Shown piece by piece: positions 21,292 to 30,798 of a DNA stretch of 64,000 nt (position 1 is the first letter of the stretch; the number at the start of each line of letters is the position of its first letter). A model generated the notes under the pieces. The model saw nothing but the letters and a program-made list of their open reading frames with translations. It made no database searches and was not told the DNA's origin. Made by a program: the position numbers and the translations under genes. This DNA comes from Sedimentisphaerales bacterium (GTDB taxonomy: Bacteria; Planctomycetota; Phycisphaerae; Sedimentisphaerales; SM23-30): contig CAXXMR010000011.1 of assembly GCA_963663805.2 (NCBI GenBank), positions 32,001 to 96,000 on the forward strand. Reading direction: 5' to 3'.

Positions 21292-23130
21292 TCACCAGTT
21301 AGGAATACAAGATACATCCTCAGGATCATTGCACATCAACCAATTGCCGGTCAACAAGGCGAAATCTTCCAGGTTAACATAGCAGTCACTATTAACATCA
21401 CCCACCAGGGCCAGCTCGGCAGCTATTACAGCTTCGCAAGTGGTTGGGGATTCCTGAATCGTGACCTGCAGTTCCTGATAGGTGCCAAAGTCAACCACTT
21501 CATAAGTTTGCAGCGGCTCCGTCAGCAACGGATCGGTTTCACTATCATTAACCGTTATCACCGGTGCGGTAACCAAAGTGTAAGTACCGTCAACAGTATT
21601 GCCTGCCACAGTGAAGTTACCGGTAATATAAATATCAGTATCGACCACAATACCACTGCCCACACCCATAACACCATCCATCAGGAAGGTGGTCGTGCTG
21701 TCACCATAGAACTTGGCACCGCCAAGATGCACCGTAGCAGCCGAACCACTGAGGGTAAAACTAGCCGCTTCAGAGTCCATATCCAGTACCAGCCAATGAT
21801 CAACATCCAGGCTCGAATTGCCGCTAACAACCAATGCGCCTTCACCGTCTTCGCTGTCGCTAACAAACATGTTGTAGCAGCTCACACTACTGTCAACGAT
21901 ATTCAGCGAACCAACACCTTCATCACCAACGATAATCTCACGAGCAACATCAAGAGTACCACCATTATCAACCGTCACCGCACCGGTAACACCACTGTTG
22001 GCCGTAATATACAGATTCGCAAACTCCGCCGTACCGCCGTCAATGGCAACTTCAGCATCATGCAGCAAACCAACAGTTACAAAAGCACCCAAGGCACTGC
22101 CCGTTACAACTGGAGCATCCAAACCGCCCTTATCAATCGTCACAAAATCATTCGCGGTCGGCACCGACGTCCAGTTGCCGCTGGTAGACCACTGCTGATT
22201 GGCCGTGCCGTTGGTCCATTCCACGCTCTGAGCTGTCAGCGGAATATAGACCAGTTGCAGTTCATTGCGATTGAAGCGACCTTCAACAATTTGATAGCTC
22301 CAGCCCTGACTCGGCAAAGAAGATTCCAGCAGATTACCGCCCGTCAAATCCTCAACCAACCCCAGCCCGCTGATTATCGGATAATAGCCCGGAACCGCAG
22401 TACCCATAAAAGACGCGTTTATCACACCCTGAACACTGGCAGAAACTGCACTGCCGTTTTCACGCAGGAAAAAGCCGTCGCCAACACCCCTGCCCCCGTC
22501 CAGCATAAAACTCATCTCTATATTCGAACTGCCAAATACCATCGCACGAGCTGTAACCGCACAATCAGCACCCACCCAGGACAATGCCTGCTCACCATCA
22601 GCATGCATATTAATATCAGCGGTAACCTGAAGAACAGAGTCACCACTAATATTAATCTCAGCATAAGCACCGGGATTAGCAGCCAAAGTCATCCGGTTAG
22701 GCCGAACCATACCACCGGTAATATTCAAAATACCGACACCTTTGGTACCCAGTGTCAGATAATCAGGGCTAGTTTCCAGTATCCCACCGCTGACATTGAT
22801 GATACCGGTAGTGCCAACGGTATAACCAGTGTAAATCGAACCAAAAGTAGCATAACCACTCACAACATTCAGTTCGGCATCAGCGTTATAATAGTTAATC
22901 CGAAACTGTCTGCCCGTCGTATCCTGACTTATCACAGGAGCATCAGCCCCAGACATGCACAAAACCAAATTATCACCACTGGAACCACCCAAAACATCAA
23001 TCCGGTTCGGATCCCAGTTATAAGCATTGTGAAAATCATTATCACCCTGCAGGTTCTTCCACTCATAATCAGCACCAAGTGCCAGCGAACCCAAACCTGC
23101 AACCAAAATTACAACCAACAAATTTCTCAT
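21292..23130 (-). CDS. Secreted beta-rich protein with an internal duplication and dockerin-like C-terminus
   Basis: Signal MRNLLVVIL; two copies of W...NW...DAPV...FxxDG..GVG...Y...ELQ; tail GDVNSDCYVNLEDFALLTGNWLMCNDPEDVSC. Confidence 0.8.
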   Translation of the reverse strand: MRNLLVVILVAGLGSLALGADYEWKNLQGDNDFHNAYNWDPNRIDVLGGSSGDNLVLCMSGADAPVISQDTTGRQFRINYYNADAELNVVSGYATFGSIYTGYTVGTTGIINVSGGILETSPDYLTLGTKGVGILNITGGMVRPNRMTLAANPGAYAEINISGDSVLQVTADINMHADGEQALSWVGADCAVTARAMVFGSSNIEMSFMLDGGRGVGDGFFLRENGSAVSASVQGVINASFMGTAVPGYYPIISGLGLVEDLTGGNLLESSLPSQGWSYQIVEGRFNRNELQLVYIPLTAQSVEWTNGTANQQWSTSGNWTSVPTANDFVTIDKGGLDAPVVTGSALGAFVTVGLLHDAEVAIDGGTAEFANLYITANSGVTGAVTVDNGGTLDVAREIIVGDEGVGSLNIVDSSVSCYNMFVSDSEDGEGALVVSGNSSLDVDHWLVLDMDSEAASFTLSGSAATVHLGGAKFYGDSTTTFLMDGVMGVGSGIVVDTDIYITGNFTVAGNTVDGTYTLVTAPVITVNDSETDPLLTEPLQTYEVVDFGTYQELQVTIQESPTTCEAVIAAELALVGDVNSDCYVNLEDFALLTGNWLMCNDPEDVSCIPNW

Positions 23131-23190
23131 GAAAATTCTCCTTAAAAAAACTATTACCTTATCCACCAGCGAAACTTGCTTTCGTCCCGC

Positions 23191-24171
23191 TTATTTTCTT
23201 CTTCTCAATCCTAAAACACCGCCCAGCCCCAACAAAACCAGCGTCATAGGCTCAGGAACCATCGTCAACTGCAATTCCGTGCTGTTTTCTGTAGTCACAA
23301 TCTCGTAGCTCCAGCCAGCATCTATCATCTGCGGAGAAATCAACCCGCCGCTGGTATTGTCAACTATAGCACCCGCATAAGTCGCCGAGGTCGATAGCAC
23401 CGTATAAGTACCCGGCACAACCTCATCCAGAAAACTCGCTTCAATAGCGCCAGACAGAGTGATCAAATCACCAGTAGCAATTGAAGCCCCAACACCAAGC
23501 GAACCGTCCAGACGAAACTCGAAGGTACTGTTGGCCTTCAAAGTAATGTCATCATAAGCACGGATGCTCGTGCCGGCACCTTCCAGAATCACCCGACCTA
23601 CACCAGAGGTGCTGCCTACCGTAAAATCACGCCTATAGGCTTGGTTATTGGCATTAACCACATTGATATCCAGAACAGCATTGTCTTTCATGTACAGGGT
23701 CGCATTGGCTGTATTGTTACCCACAACTGCCCGGTTTGCGTAAACTTCGCTCGAACCCGATAGACTCACCAGCGAATTACCAAAACTACCCATCGTTAAA
23801 TAGGAATCGGAAGAAAGCACCCCACCCGTCATCGTCAGATTGCCCACGGAAGTATCACCGCTTACTCCGCCCGTCCAGATTGCTCCAAACGTGGAATCCC
23901 CAGCCGTAACCGTTAGTTCACCGGCAGCACCAACACCTATCGCCAATTGACGACCTGTAAAACTCGTCGATAGAATCGGACTGTCTGAACTAGACATCCC
24001 TATAAAAAAGTTTTCATCTGCCGGATTTACGCTGTCCGCATCCCAGTTCTCCGCTGTTGCGAAATCACGCGTCCCAAACTCATTATCCCAGTAAATCGTC
24101 GTTGCACCAAACGCCGATGCCGCCAACATACACACCGCTGCCACAATTGCCATTACTCTTGCCATCTTCAT
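23191..24171 (-). CDS. PEP-CTERM surface protein
   Basis: Signal peptide; C-terminus VPEPMTLVLLGLGGVLGLRRRK. Confidence 0.92.
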   Translation of the reverse strand: MKMARVMAIVAAVCMLAASAFGATTIYWDNEFGTRDFATAENWDADSVNPADENFFIGMSSSDSPILSTSFTGRQLAIGVGAAGELTVTAGDSTFGAIWTGGVSGDTSVGNLTMTGGVLSSDSYLTMGSFGNSLVSLSGSSEVYANRAVVGNNTANATLYMKDNAVLDINVVNANNQAYRRDFTVGSTSGVGRVILEGAGTSIRAYDDITLKANSTFEFRLDGSLGVGASIATGDLITLSGAIEASFLDEVVPGTYTVLSTSATYAGAIVDNTSGGLISPQMIDAGWSYEIVTTENSTELQLTMVPEPMTLVLLGLGGVLGLRRRK

Positions 24172-24322
24172 TTACCTCCATAAACAAGAACCATAAGAAT
24201 CCAGAGCTTTCGCTCAACCATTTTTCAAACAGCCAGAGTGAGCACACCTCAACAAACCAACTGCCGTTTCTACATTATCTATTCTGCCATCATTGCCCCC
24301 AAACTTCAAGAAAAAAGTTTAC

Positions 24323-24553
24323 TGTTACATGAAACAATAGTGCATAAAGCCGCTGAAACAAAAGCACTGTTTTCAAAAAGTCGAACCTGGATATGAAATT
24401 ACATCAAAAGGAGAGCGACAGAACCCCAATAAAACTCAAAAAAAAGGCTCACATTGCTCTCAGCCCCCCAACACATGAAACAAAGTATGAAACACACGGA
24501 TCGCACACCCCTCACAATAGGCCTAAAAAAAATTACAAAAGTTTCATGTAACA
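24323..24553. promoter_or_regulatory. Inverted pair of operator-like sites in the divergent promoter region
   Basis: TGTTACATGAAACA 24323-24336 and its reverse complement GTTTCATGTAACA 24541-24553; extra ATGAAACA half-sites at about 24475-24493. Confidence 0.55.
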
Positions 24554-24655
24554 AGACGAGTTTTCCCTTGCATAACGGCAAAATATTCTTTATCATTGAT
24601 ATTGTAAGATTGAGCCAGACATTTAGCGGCCCAAAATCAAAAAGGAGAAATTATT

Positions 24656-25543
24656 ATGCGTCGGCAATTTTCCCGGATTAACAAACAAGCTTTCACCCTC
24701 GTCGAACTATTAGTGGTAGTAGCTATTATAGCCCTGCTCGTATCCATCCTCCTGCCCGCTCTGGGACAGGCCCGCGATGCCGCCAAACAAGTACTAGATG
24801 TCTCCAACCTCCACCAGACCGGCATGGCCGCCATAACCTACGAAGCAGACAACGGCAGACTACCACTCCACTTCCTGGAGGCAAATCGCATACAGCAAAA
24901 CAGTCCGACCGCACAAGCCATGTGGATTGAGGCTCTCTCCAGCAACAATGGAACAGACACCAGAACTATGCTTACCGACTATCTCGCCGATTTCAAAGTA
25001 CTAAATTGCCCCTTCCTGAAACCTCTGGACATGACTTTCGATGCTATCGCCGAAGGTACCCGCAGGCTATACGGCAGCTACTCAATGTTCTACGGCTACT
25101 ATCGCAACCGGGCCACCGAAGCTGCCGGCGGCGAATTCGCTGGCGAAAACGAACGCTGGACAAAAACCGAAACCAACTGGAACTACATGGGACAAAGAAT
25201 CGAAACTCTCATGGGCGACAGAATGTACAAAGTACGCAGCCTTGGCAACTATCGCCTCAATCATGGCGCCAGAATGCACGGCCTGAAACTCAACTATCGA
25301 GACCACACCTACCCAGTATCATCAGCAGAGGACATGCACTGCGGCAGTGTCTACGCCGCCCAAAACCTCCCTGCCAGCTATTTCCTGGATGACCTTCGCG
25401 AACAAACCACCGCCTGCTACGTCTTCAAAGACGGTTCCGCCCGGATCTTCGAAGGAAGTGACCCATCCCTCATCGACCTGGAAAACCCCTACGACCAGTG
25501 CACAGGATACATCGTCAACCACCTCGTACCATCCGGAAAATAA
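24656..25543 (+). CDS. Prepilin-type N-methylation (DUF1559-like) protein
   Basis: [44 protein letters not shown]; degenerate C-terminal YVFKDGS; AGGAG RBS. Confidence 0.88.
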   Translation: MRRQFSRINKQAFTLVELLVVVAIIALLVSILLPALGQARDAAKQVLDVSNLHQTGMAAITYEADNGRLPLHFLEANRIQQNSPTAQAMWIEALSSNNGTDTRTMLTDYLADFKVLNCPFLKPLDMTFDAIAEGTRRLYGSYSMFYGYYRNRATEAAGGEFAGENERWTKTETNWNYMGQRIETLMGDRMYKVRSLGNYRLNHGARMHGLKLNYRDHTYPVSSAEDMHCGSVYAAQNLPASYFLDDLREQTTACYVFKDGSARIFEGSDPSLIDLENPYDQCTGYIVNHLVPSGK

Positions 25544-25955
25544 TACCCCTCAGCTCAATTTACCGAAAGACAAAGGGGCCATATCCCTCAAAAAGATGAC
25601 TATCCCTACTGATTTCTTATCAGCTAGACATTCGGTCCCCATCAACAAAACTGCACAATGTTAAACTGGGCAAATTAATATCGCCTAATCCCGGCTATTT
25701 TTTTACCCAGAACAGCCCCTCCCACAAAAAACTTGACACCCACCCTTTTAACTCATTACAATGAATCGCACATTTAGCTTCCGTCCAAAGGGCAACATTG
25801 TCGCTTACGGGGCTCTCAAATTGCGTTTTTTGTATGGTTCCAGAATCTTCCTGGTATCGAGTGGTTAATGTATGCAAAGGTATCAGCGTCTGCCTTCTGA
25901 GACACTGATACCTTTGAGGTTGTAATTATTATTTTATTGGTTAAGGAGAAAACTA

Positions 25956-26717
25956 ATGTCTGCAAAACTAACCCTGACACTGATAGCAGCGATGGTCTTT
26001 TTGCCTTCGTTCGCTCTGGCAACAGTCTATATCGACGATGGACTGGAAACCGTACTTAACGGGTCCAATCCTGTTTACGACAACATCATAGTCGATAGTG
26101 TTAATACAGACCCCTATTCCACACTTACGATGCTCTCCGGTGCCTACATCAGCGGGTACCTGGACATCCTGTCACGTGGCCACCTCTACATGGAAGGCGG
26201 AACAGTGATTCAGGATATCTACCTTTACGACAATGCCTACGCTGCCATTTCAGGCGGAACGGTAAATGTAAAACTGAGAGCCCAGGACAACAGCATAATT
26301 GTCATCTCCGGCGGCGACATATTTGGTTACCTCTGGGGCACCGAAAATGGTGTCTTCAAAATCTCCGGCGGCATTTTCTATGACGACCTGAAAGGTTTTG
26401 ATAATTCTAATACCATCATCGCTGGAACCGACTTTTATATCGACGGCCAACCCGCCGCTTACGGCGACTATCAGTTTGCCGCATATACATGGCACACTAT
26501 CACCGGTACACTTTACAATGGCGACCCCATCAACACTGACCTGTACTCCGGAACTTATACCACAGTCTTCACCCTCACCCCCGAATTATCCTGCACCTTA
26601 GACCTTCAGGGCGACCTCAACAACGACTGCCGCATCGACCTGATCGATTTCACAATGATGGCCGCAAACTGGCTGCTCGACTGCAACATGGACCCCACAA
26701 ACTCGCGTTGCAGATAA
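25956..26717 (+). CDS. Secreted protein with short GG repeats and a dockerin-like tail
   Basis: Signal peptide; ISGG repeats; tail GDLNNDCRIDLIDFTMMAANWLLDC...C; AAGGAG RBS. Confidence 0.8.
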   Translation: MSAKLTLTLIAAMVFLPSFALATVYIDDGLETVLNGSNPVYDNIIVDSVNTDPYSTLTMLSGAYISGYLDILSRGHLYMEGGTVIQDIYLYDNAYAAISGGTVNVKLRAQDNSIIVISGGDIFGYLWGTENGVFKISGGIFYDDLKGFDNSNTIIAGTDFYIDGQPAAYGDYQFAAYTWHTITGTLYNGDPINTDLYSGTYTTVFTLTPELSCTLDLQGDLNNDCRIDLIDFTMMAANWLLDCNMDPTNSRCR

Positions 26718-26732
26718 TATTTCTGAATACAC

Positions 26733-26774
26733 AAAAAAAAAAGGCGCCGGACAAACTCCGGTGCCTTTTTTTTT
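26733..26774. terminator. Bidirectional intrinsic terminator between convergent genes
   Basis: A-run, GGCGCCGGA-loop-TCCGGTGCC, T-run. Confidence 0.85.
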
Positions 26775-26849
26775 ATCCCCCTCCACCCAAACTCGAATGC
26801 TAACTCCAACTTGCATCACAAAAATCCAGCATGTCCTGCTAGCCAGCTA

Positions 26850-28343
26850 TCAGTTCGCTATGTACTCAGGGTCGTCTATCTCTGCCATCTTCGCCCGCAT
26901 CTTTTCATCCAGCATGGCGATATGCTTGCGTACCTGCGGCTCGTCAACATCAATCAGATTATGCCGCTCAGCCGGGTCTTCTGTCAGATAATAAAGCTCG
27001 TCGCCCACCGTCTTGCGGAAATCACGAACCAGTTTCCATTCCGGCGTACGATACATCCGCAAGCTCGCCCCCGTCTGATTCCAGTCCCAGAACCGATACT
27101 GAGCGAACATCTCATCATCCCAGTCCACATCCTTATCTTCAAACAAGGGCCGCATATCCCGACCCCTAATTTTATACTTCTCCAGCCCGTCAATACCCGC
27201 CGCCCCGCATAAAGTAGGATACCAGTCCATACTATTCACCACATTTCCCAGCTTGGACTTCGGCTTAATCACGCCCGGCCAACGCACAATCGCCGGCAGA
27301 CGCAATGAATTGTCATATATGTTAGGCCGATACCCGTCCCGATTATCCGTCAGTATCCACCACCCGTTACCCTTATGCCAGATACCGTTATGGCCAATAT
27401 TATAGCCGTTATCCGAAGTATACACCACAATCGTATTATCGCTCAAACCCAGCTCATCCAGCTTCGCCATAACCCGTCCCACATTACGGTCAACACTATG
27501 CACCGCCGCCAAATATTCCCGTAGCATACGCTTGACCCGCTTGATATCCAGCTTCGGATAATCCGCGTGCGGCACCACCGGGTCAATATCCTTAAATATA
27601 TTCCAGTCCTCATCCGACAGAGGATGCCACGTCCGGTCATTATCGGTCTTCACCCCCTGATTGGCGTGAGGTGCCCAGAAATGCAGCGAAAGCAAAAAAG
27701 GCTCCGACTGCTTCCGTTCCATAAAATCCAACGCATAATCCGTAATGATGTTCGGCGTATAACCCTCAACCCGAACTTCCTTACCATCAATCTCCATCGG
27801 AGGGTCTTTCGATATCCCCGCTCCCGCTCGCCAGCCCCTGAACTCATCATAACCATGCTGCGTCGGATAATGACGATCCAGCTCACCCACATGCCACTTA
27901 CCAAAAAGTGCAGTTGAATACCCCGACTCATTCAAAACTTTTGGCCAGGTAGTGAAATCCTGCTCCAAACCAATCTCCGGGTCATGACCCAGAAAATCGG
28001 TTATCCCCGTTTCCGTACTATAACGAGAAGTAAGCAAAGCCGCCCGCGCCGGACTGCATACCGGCGACATCGCAAAATAATGCTCCAGCAAACACCCCTG
28101 CTCCGCTAACTTATCCAGATTAGGAGTCACCGCATCCGGGCAGGCACCATTGCCAAAAGCCCACGGACCATGGTCATCAGTCATTATAAAAACTATATTC
28201 GGCCTCTTGTCCTTACTTCTGTTACCCTTGATCATTTTTGCTTCCTTAGCCTCAGTTTCGCCCGATACAATTCCTGCCAGAGTCAGCCCCGCACCCACCT
28301 GACCTAGAAAATTACGCCTGTCTACTTTATAAACTGCCGACAT
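26850..28343 (-). CDS. Sulfatase (S1), Tat-exported
   Basis: RRNFLG; RPNIVFIMTDDHG; CSPARAALLT; GKWHVG; SDNG. Confidence 0.95.
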   Translation of the reverse strand: MSAVYKVDRRNFLGQVGAGLTLAGIVSGETEAKEAKMIKGNRSKDKRPNIVFIMTDDHGPWAFGNGACPDAVTPNLDKLAEQGCLLEHYFAMSPVCSPARAALLTSRYSTETGITDFLGHDPEIGLEQDFTTWPKVLNESGYSTALFGKWHVGELDRHYPTQHGYDEFRGWRAGAGISKDPPMEIDGKEVRVEGYTPNIITDYALDFMERKQSEPFLLSLHFWAPHANQGVKTDNDRTWHPLSDEDWNIFKDIDPVVPHADYPKLDIKRVKRMLREYLAAVHSVDRNVGRVMAKLDELGLSDNTIVVYTSDNGYNIGHNGIWHKGNGWWILTDNRDGYRPNIYDNSLRLPAIVRWPGVIKPKSKLGNVVNSMDWYPTLCGAAGIDGLEKYKIRGRDMRPLFEDKDVDWDDEMFAQYRFWDWNQTGASLRMYRTPEWKLVRDFRKTVGDELYYLTEDPAERHNLIDVDEPQVRKHIAMLDEKMRAKMAEIDDPEYIAN

Positions 28344-28775
28344 TTTATTCCCTCATTACGAACATTGCAAACGTTTGCGTTAAATTTTCGCACAAAGCCC
28401 AACTTTTCACAACTTAAAATCCCAAATCCTCATAGTAACTATAATGCACGCTGCAAAAGCAAGTCAAACCATTTATAAATTTCACAAAGTTTCAGACCGC
28501 TCCCCTACCCTCCAAATCACCCAGCTAAACAAGCAAAACATAACAACCTTCCCCACAAAAAGTTATATTCATGAAAACAATTTTTCATATCCCTTCTAAC
28601 TAATTTATCCTGAAACACATCAGCCGCAATCCGCCCATCTCTCTATGTCATGGAATGTTTCTAAATATGAAAAATTTACAAATTAATCAACATTTTGTTT
28701 CACAGAACACCCGATTATATGATATAATAATATTTGTGATTGATTAACCATATACACACACCAAAAAGAGAAAAC

Positions 28776-29789
28776 ATGAGTACCGAAAGAATCGCCCAGG
28801 CCGCCGGAGTATCCAAAGCAACCGTGTCACGCGTACTGAACGGCTCGACCAAAGTCGCCGCCGAAACCCGCCAGAAAGTACTCGAAGTCGTCGACCAGCT
28901 CGGCCTGACCCCAAGCACCCGCAAAAAATCCCGGCCCGGCAAAAATATCACCGTCCTAATCTTTGGCCGTGACCTATTTATGGAATACTCGCCCGCCCGC
29001 TGGCGTATACTTTACGGCATCCAAAAGGTAATGAGACTCCGCAACGTCAACTTGTCAACCTATCAAATCATCGACGAAAACGACTTCCCGGCCCAGTCAC
29101 TCGAAAACGCCGATGGTGTAATCGTCCTCGGAAAAATCAACAACGAAAACAACAACCTGCTTAACAATATTTCCCAAATCCCCTCCGTATGGATAAATTC
29201 CATGGGCAGCACCAACGTCGATATGGCCCTGGCCCGCAACCAGCTCGTTGGACAGATTGCCGCCCAATACCTAATCGCCCGCAAACATAAATGCCTTGCC
29301 TTTTTCCGCGTTATAATGAGCCACGCTGCCATTGAGACCGACGGTGATTTCTTTGAATTCACCGCCACCAAATCCGGCTGTACCGTAAAAACGTTTGAAG
29401 GCATGGACCACTTCCCCGACCAAGACGAACTGGAAAACTGGCTCAGCCTCGAAAATATCGTCAAACAAGCCATGAAAAAACTCAGCCAGGCCAACCCCCG
29501 CCCCACCGGCCTGTTCGTACCGCTCGGAGCAGCCGTACCCATGTGCTACAAATATCTCCATAACGAAGGCATCAAGCCCGGCCGAGATATCGACATCGTC
29601 AGTTGCGGCTGCGAAAACGCCATGATGGCATCACTGTCACCACACCCCGCCAATATCAGCCTGAACGTCGAGACCATCGGCGAAAAAGCCGCCTCACAGC
29701 TAATCAACAAAATTGAACACCCCCGCGACACCTCACCAGTAAATATCACCGTAATCCCAACCCTGACCCCTGCATCAAAAACACGATAG
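28776..29789 (+). CDS. LacI-family transcriptional regulator
   Basis: ERIAQAAGVSKATVSRVLNG HTH; PTGLFV; PGRDIDIVSC. Start may be 28740 (TTG). Confidence 0.9.
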   Translation: MSTERIAQAAGVSKATVSRVLNGSTKVAAETRQKVLEVVDQLGLTPSTRKKSRPGKNITVLIFGRDLFMEYSPARWRILYGIQKVMRLRNVNLSTYQIIDENDFPAQSLENADGVIVLGKINNENNNLLNNISQIPSVWINSMGSTNVDMALARNQLVGQIAAQYLIARKHKCLAFFRVIMSHAAIETDGDFFEFTATKSGCTVKTFEGMDHFPDQDELENWLSLENIVKQAMKKLSQANPRPTGLFVPLGAAVPMCYKYLHNEGIKPGRDIDIVSCGCENAMMASLSPHPANISLNVETIGEKAASQLINKIEHPRDTSPVNITVIPTLTPASKTR

Positions 29790-29841
29790 GCTCCCAAACC
29801 GCCTTTTCCACAAGTCCACCCAAAATAAAGACATAAAAAAA

Positions 29842-29883
29842 TACACCACTCAGGACTTGAACCTGAAACCCGCTGATTAAGAG
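29842..29883 (-). repeat. Prophage att site: duplicated 3' half of tRNA-Lys(CTT)
   Basis: Minus strand CTCTTAATCAGCGGGTTTCAGGTTCAAGTCCTGAGTGGTGTA = anticodon loop (CTT), T-arm and acceptor 3' strand. No 5' half is present upstream. It marks the host/phage junction. Confidence 0.85.
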
Positions 29884-30036
29884 GACCCAAAGCAAAAAAA
29901 CGCAAGATTCTGTAAAACAAACACTTACGGCATAAACTCTTGTAATTAAAAAGGTTAATTAAGAAAAACGCTTTGTATTTCATACGGTTTTTTTTCTTAA
30001 TATCCACAACTCGAAACGGCAGGTTACACTCTTGGG

Positions 30037-30759
30037 TTACACTTCCGTATCTTCCCAGTCTGCCTCGGTAGGCATGATAGGCTCAACACCCACCGGCCTC
30101 TCATCGCCGGGGAATCCGTGTGTGCTTTCGTTCCTAATTTTCCAGTGGCCGGTCTCAAGTAGGTTGATTTCGTCGGGCAGTTTGTCCACCCGGTCAAGGG
30201 CAGTCTGGAGGTTGAAGATTGGGCAGAGGTGCAACATTTTGATTTTGGCTTCTCTGGTCAAAATGGCCTTGATTTGGTCCTTGTTGATTTGCCAGGTGTA
30301 CTGGTTGACGAACTTGCCGAACCGGTACCAATACGGGTCTTCAGGCATGGTGTAATAACCGGTCGCGTAGTCGTGTCTTGGCTCTCTCAGAACCTCGCTC
30401 AAATGCTGGCAGCCCCAACCAGGCCGGTTATCGTCATAGTTGCAATGTTTGTCCGGCCTGAAGCGTTCCTGTCGCTTCTGGTAGCATTTGATGGGCGTCA
30501 GATAGTAGTCGATGAACATCCATGTACATTCCTCACCATCGAGCAGCAGACGGCTTTTAGACCACCCCTTGATAATTCGCCACAGGCGTTTAAGGAACTG
30601 GTGTTCACGCTCGAACATTTCATAATTGACCCGGATGGTGTGCAGGCCGGCAATGAGCTCATGGTCACTGAATTTCTTGGTCAGCCCCAGGGCCTTGGGA
30701 TAGTTCCGGGATTTGGACTCCTGGAACTGAAGCATTATTTTGAAGGGTATATCTGACAT
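30037..30759 (-). CDS. Hypothetical prophage accessory protein
   Basis: 240-aa ORF in line with the leftward accessory genes; no family recognised. Confidence 0.7.
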   Translation of the reverse strand: MSDIPFKIMLQFQESKSRNYPKALGLTKKFSDHELIAGLHTIRVNYEMFEREHQFLKRLWRIIKGWSKSRLLLDGEECTWMFIDYYLTPIKCYQKRQERFRPDKHCNYDDNRPGWGCQHLSEVLREPRHDYATGYYTMPEDPYWYRFGKFVNQYTWQINKDQIKAILTREAKIKMLHLCPIFNLQTALDRVDKLPDEINLLETGHWKIRNESTHGFPGDERPVGVEPIMPTEADWEDTEV

Positions 30760-30798
30760 ATGATTTCTCTAAAACATTTTACAATCGCACCCAAAGGG

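Noticed and set aside
21241..23145. 634-aa plus-strand ORF
   Set aside because: Antisense shadow of the dockerin-tailed protein; no RBS or motifs; I/T/H/N-biased composition typical of reverse frames.
29842..29920. Intact tRNA-Lys gene
   Set aside because: Only the anticodon loop to the 3' end is present; upstream sequence cannot form a D-arm or acceptor 5' strand, so it is an att remnant.
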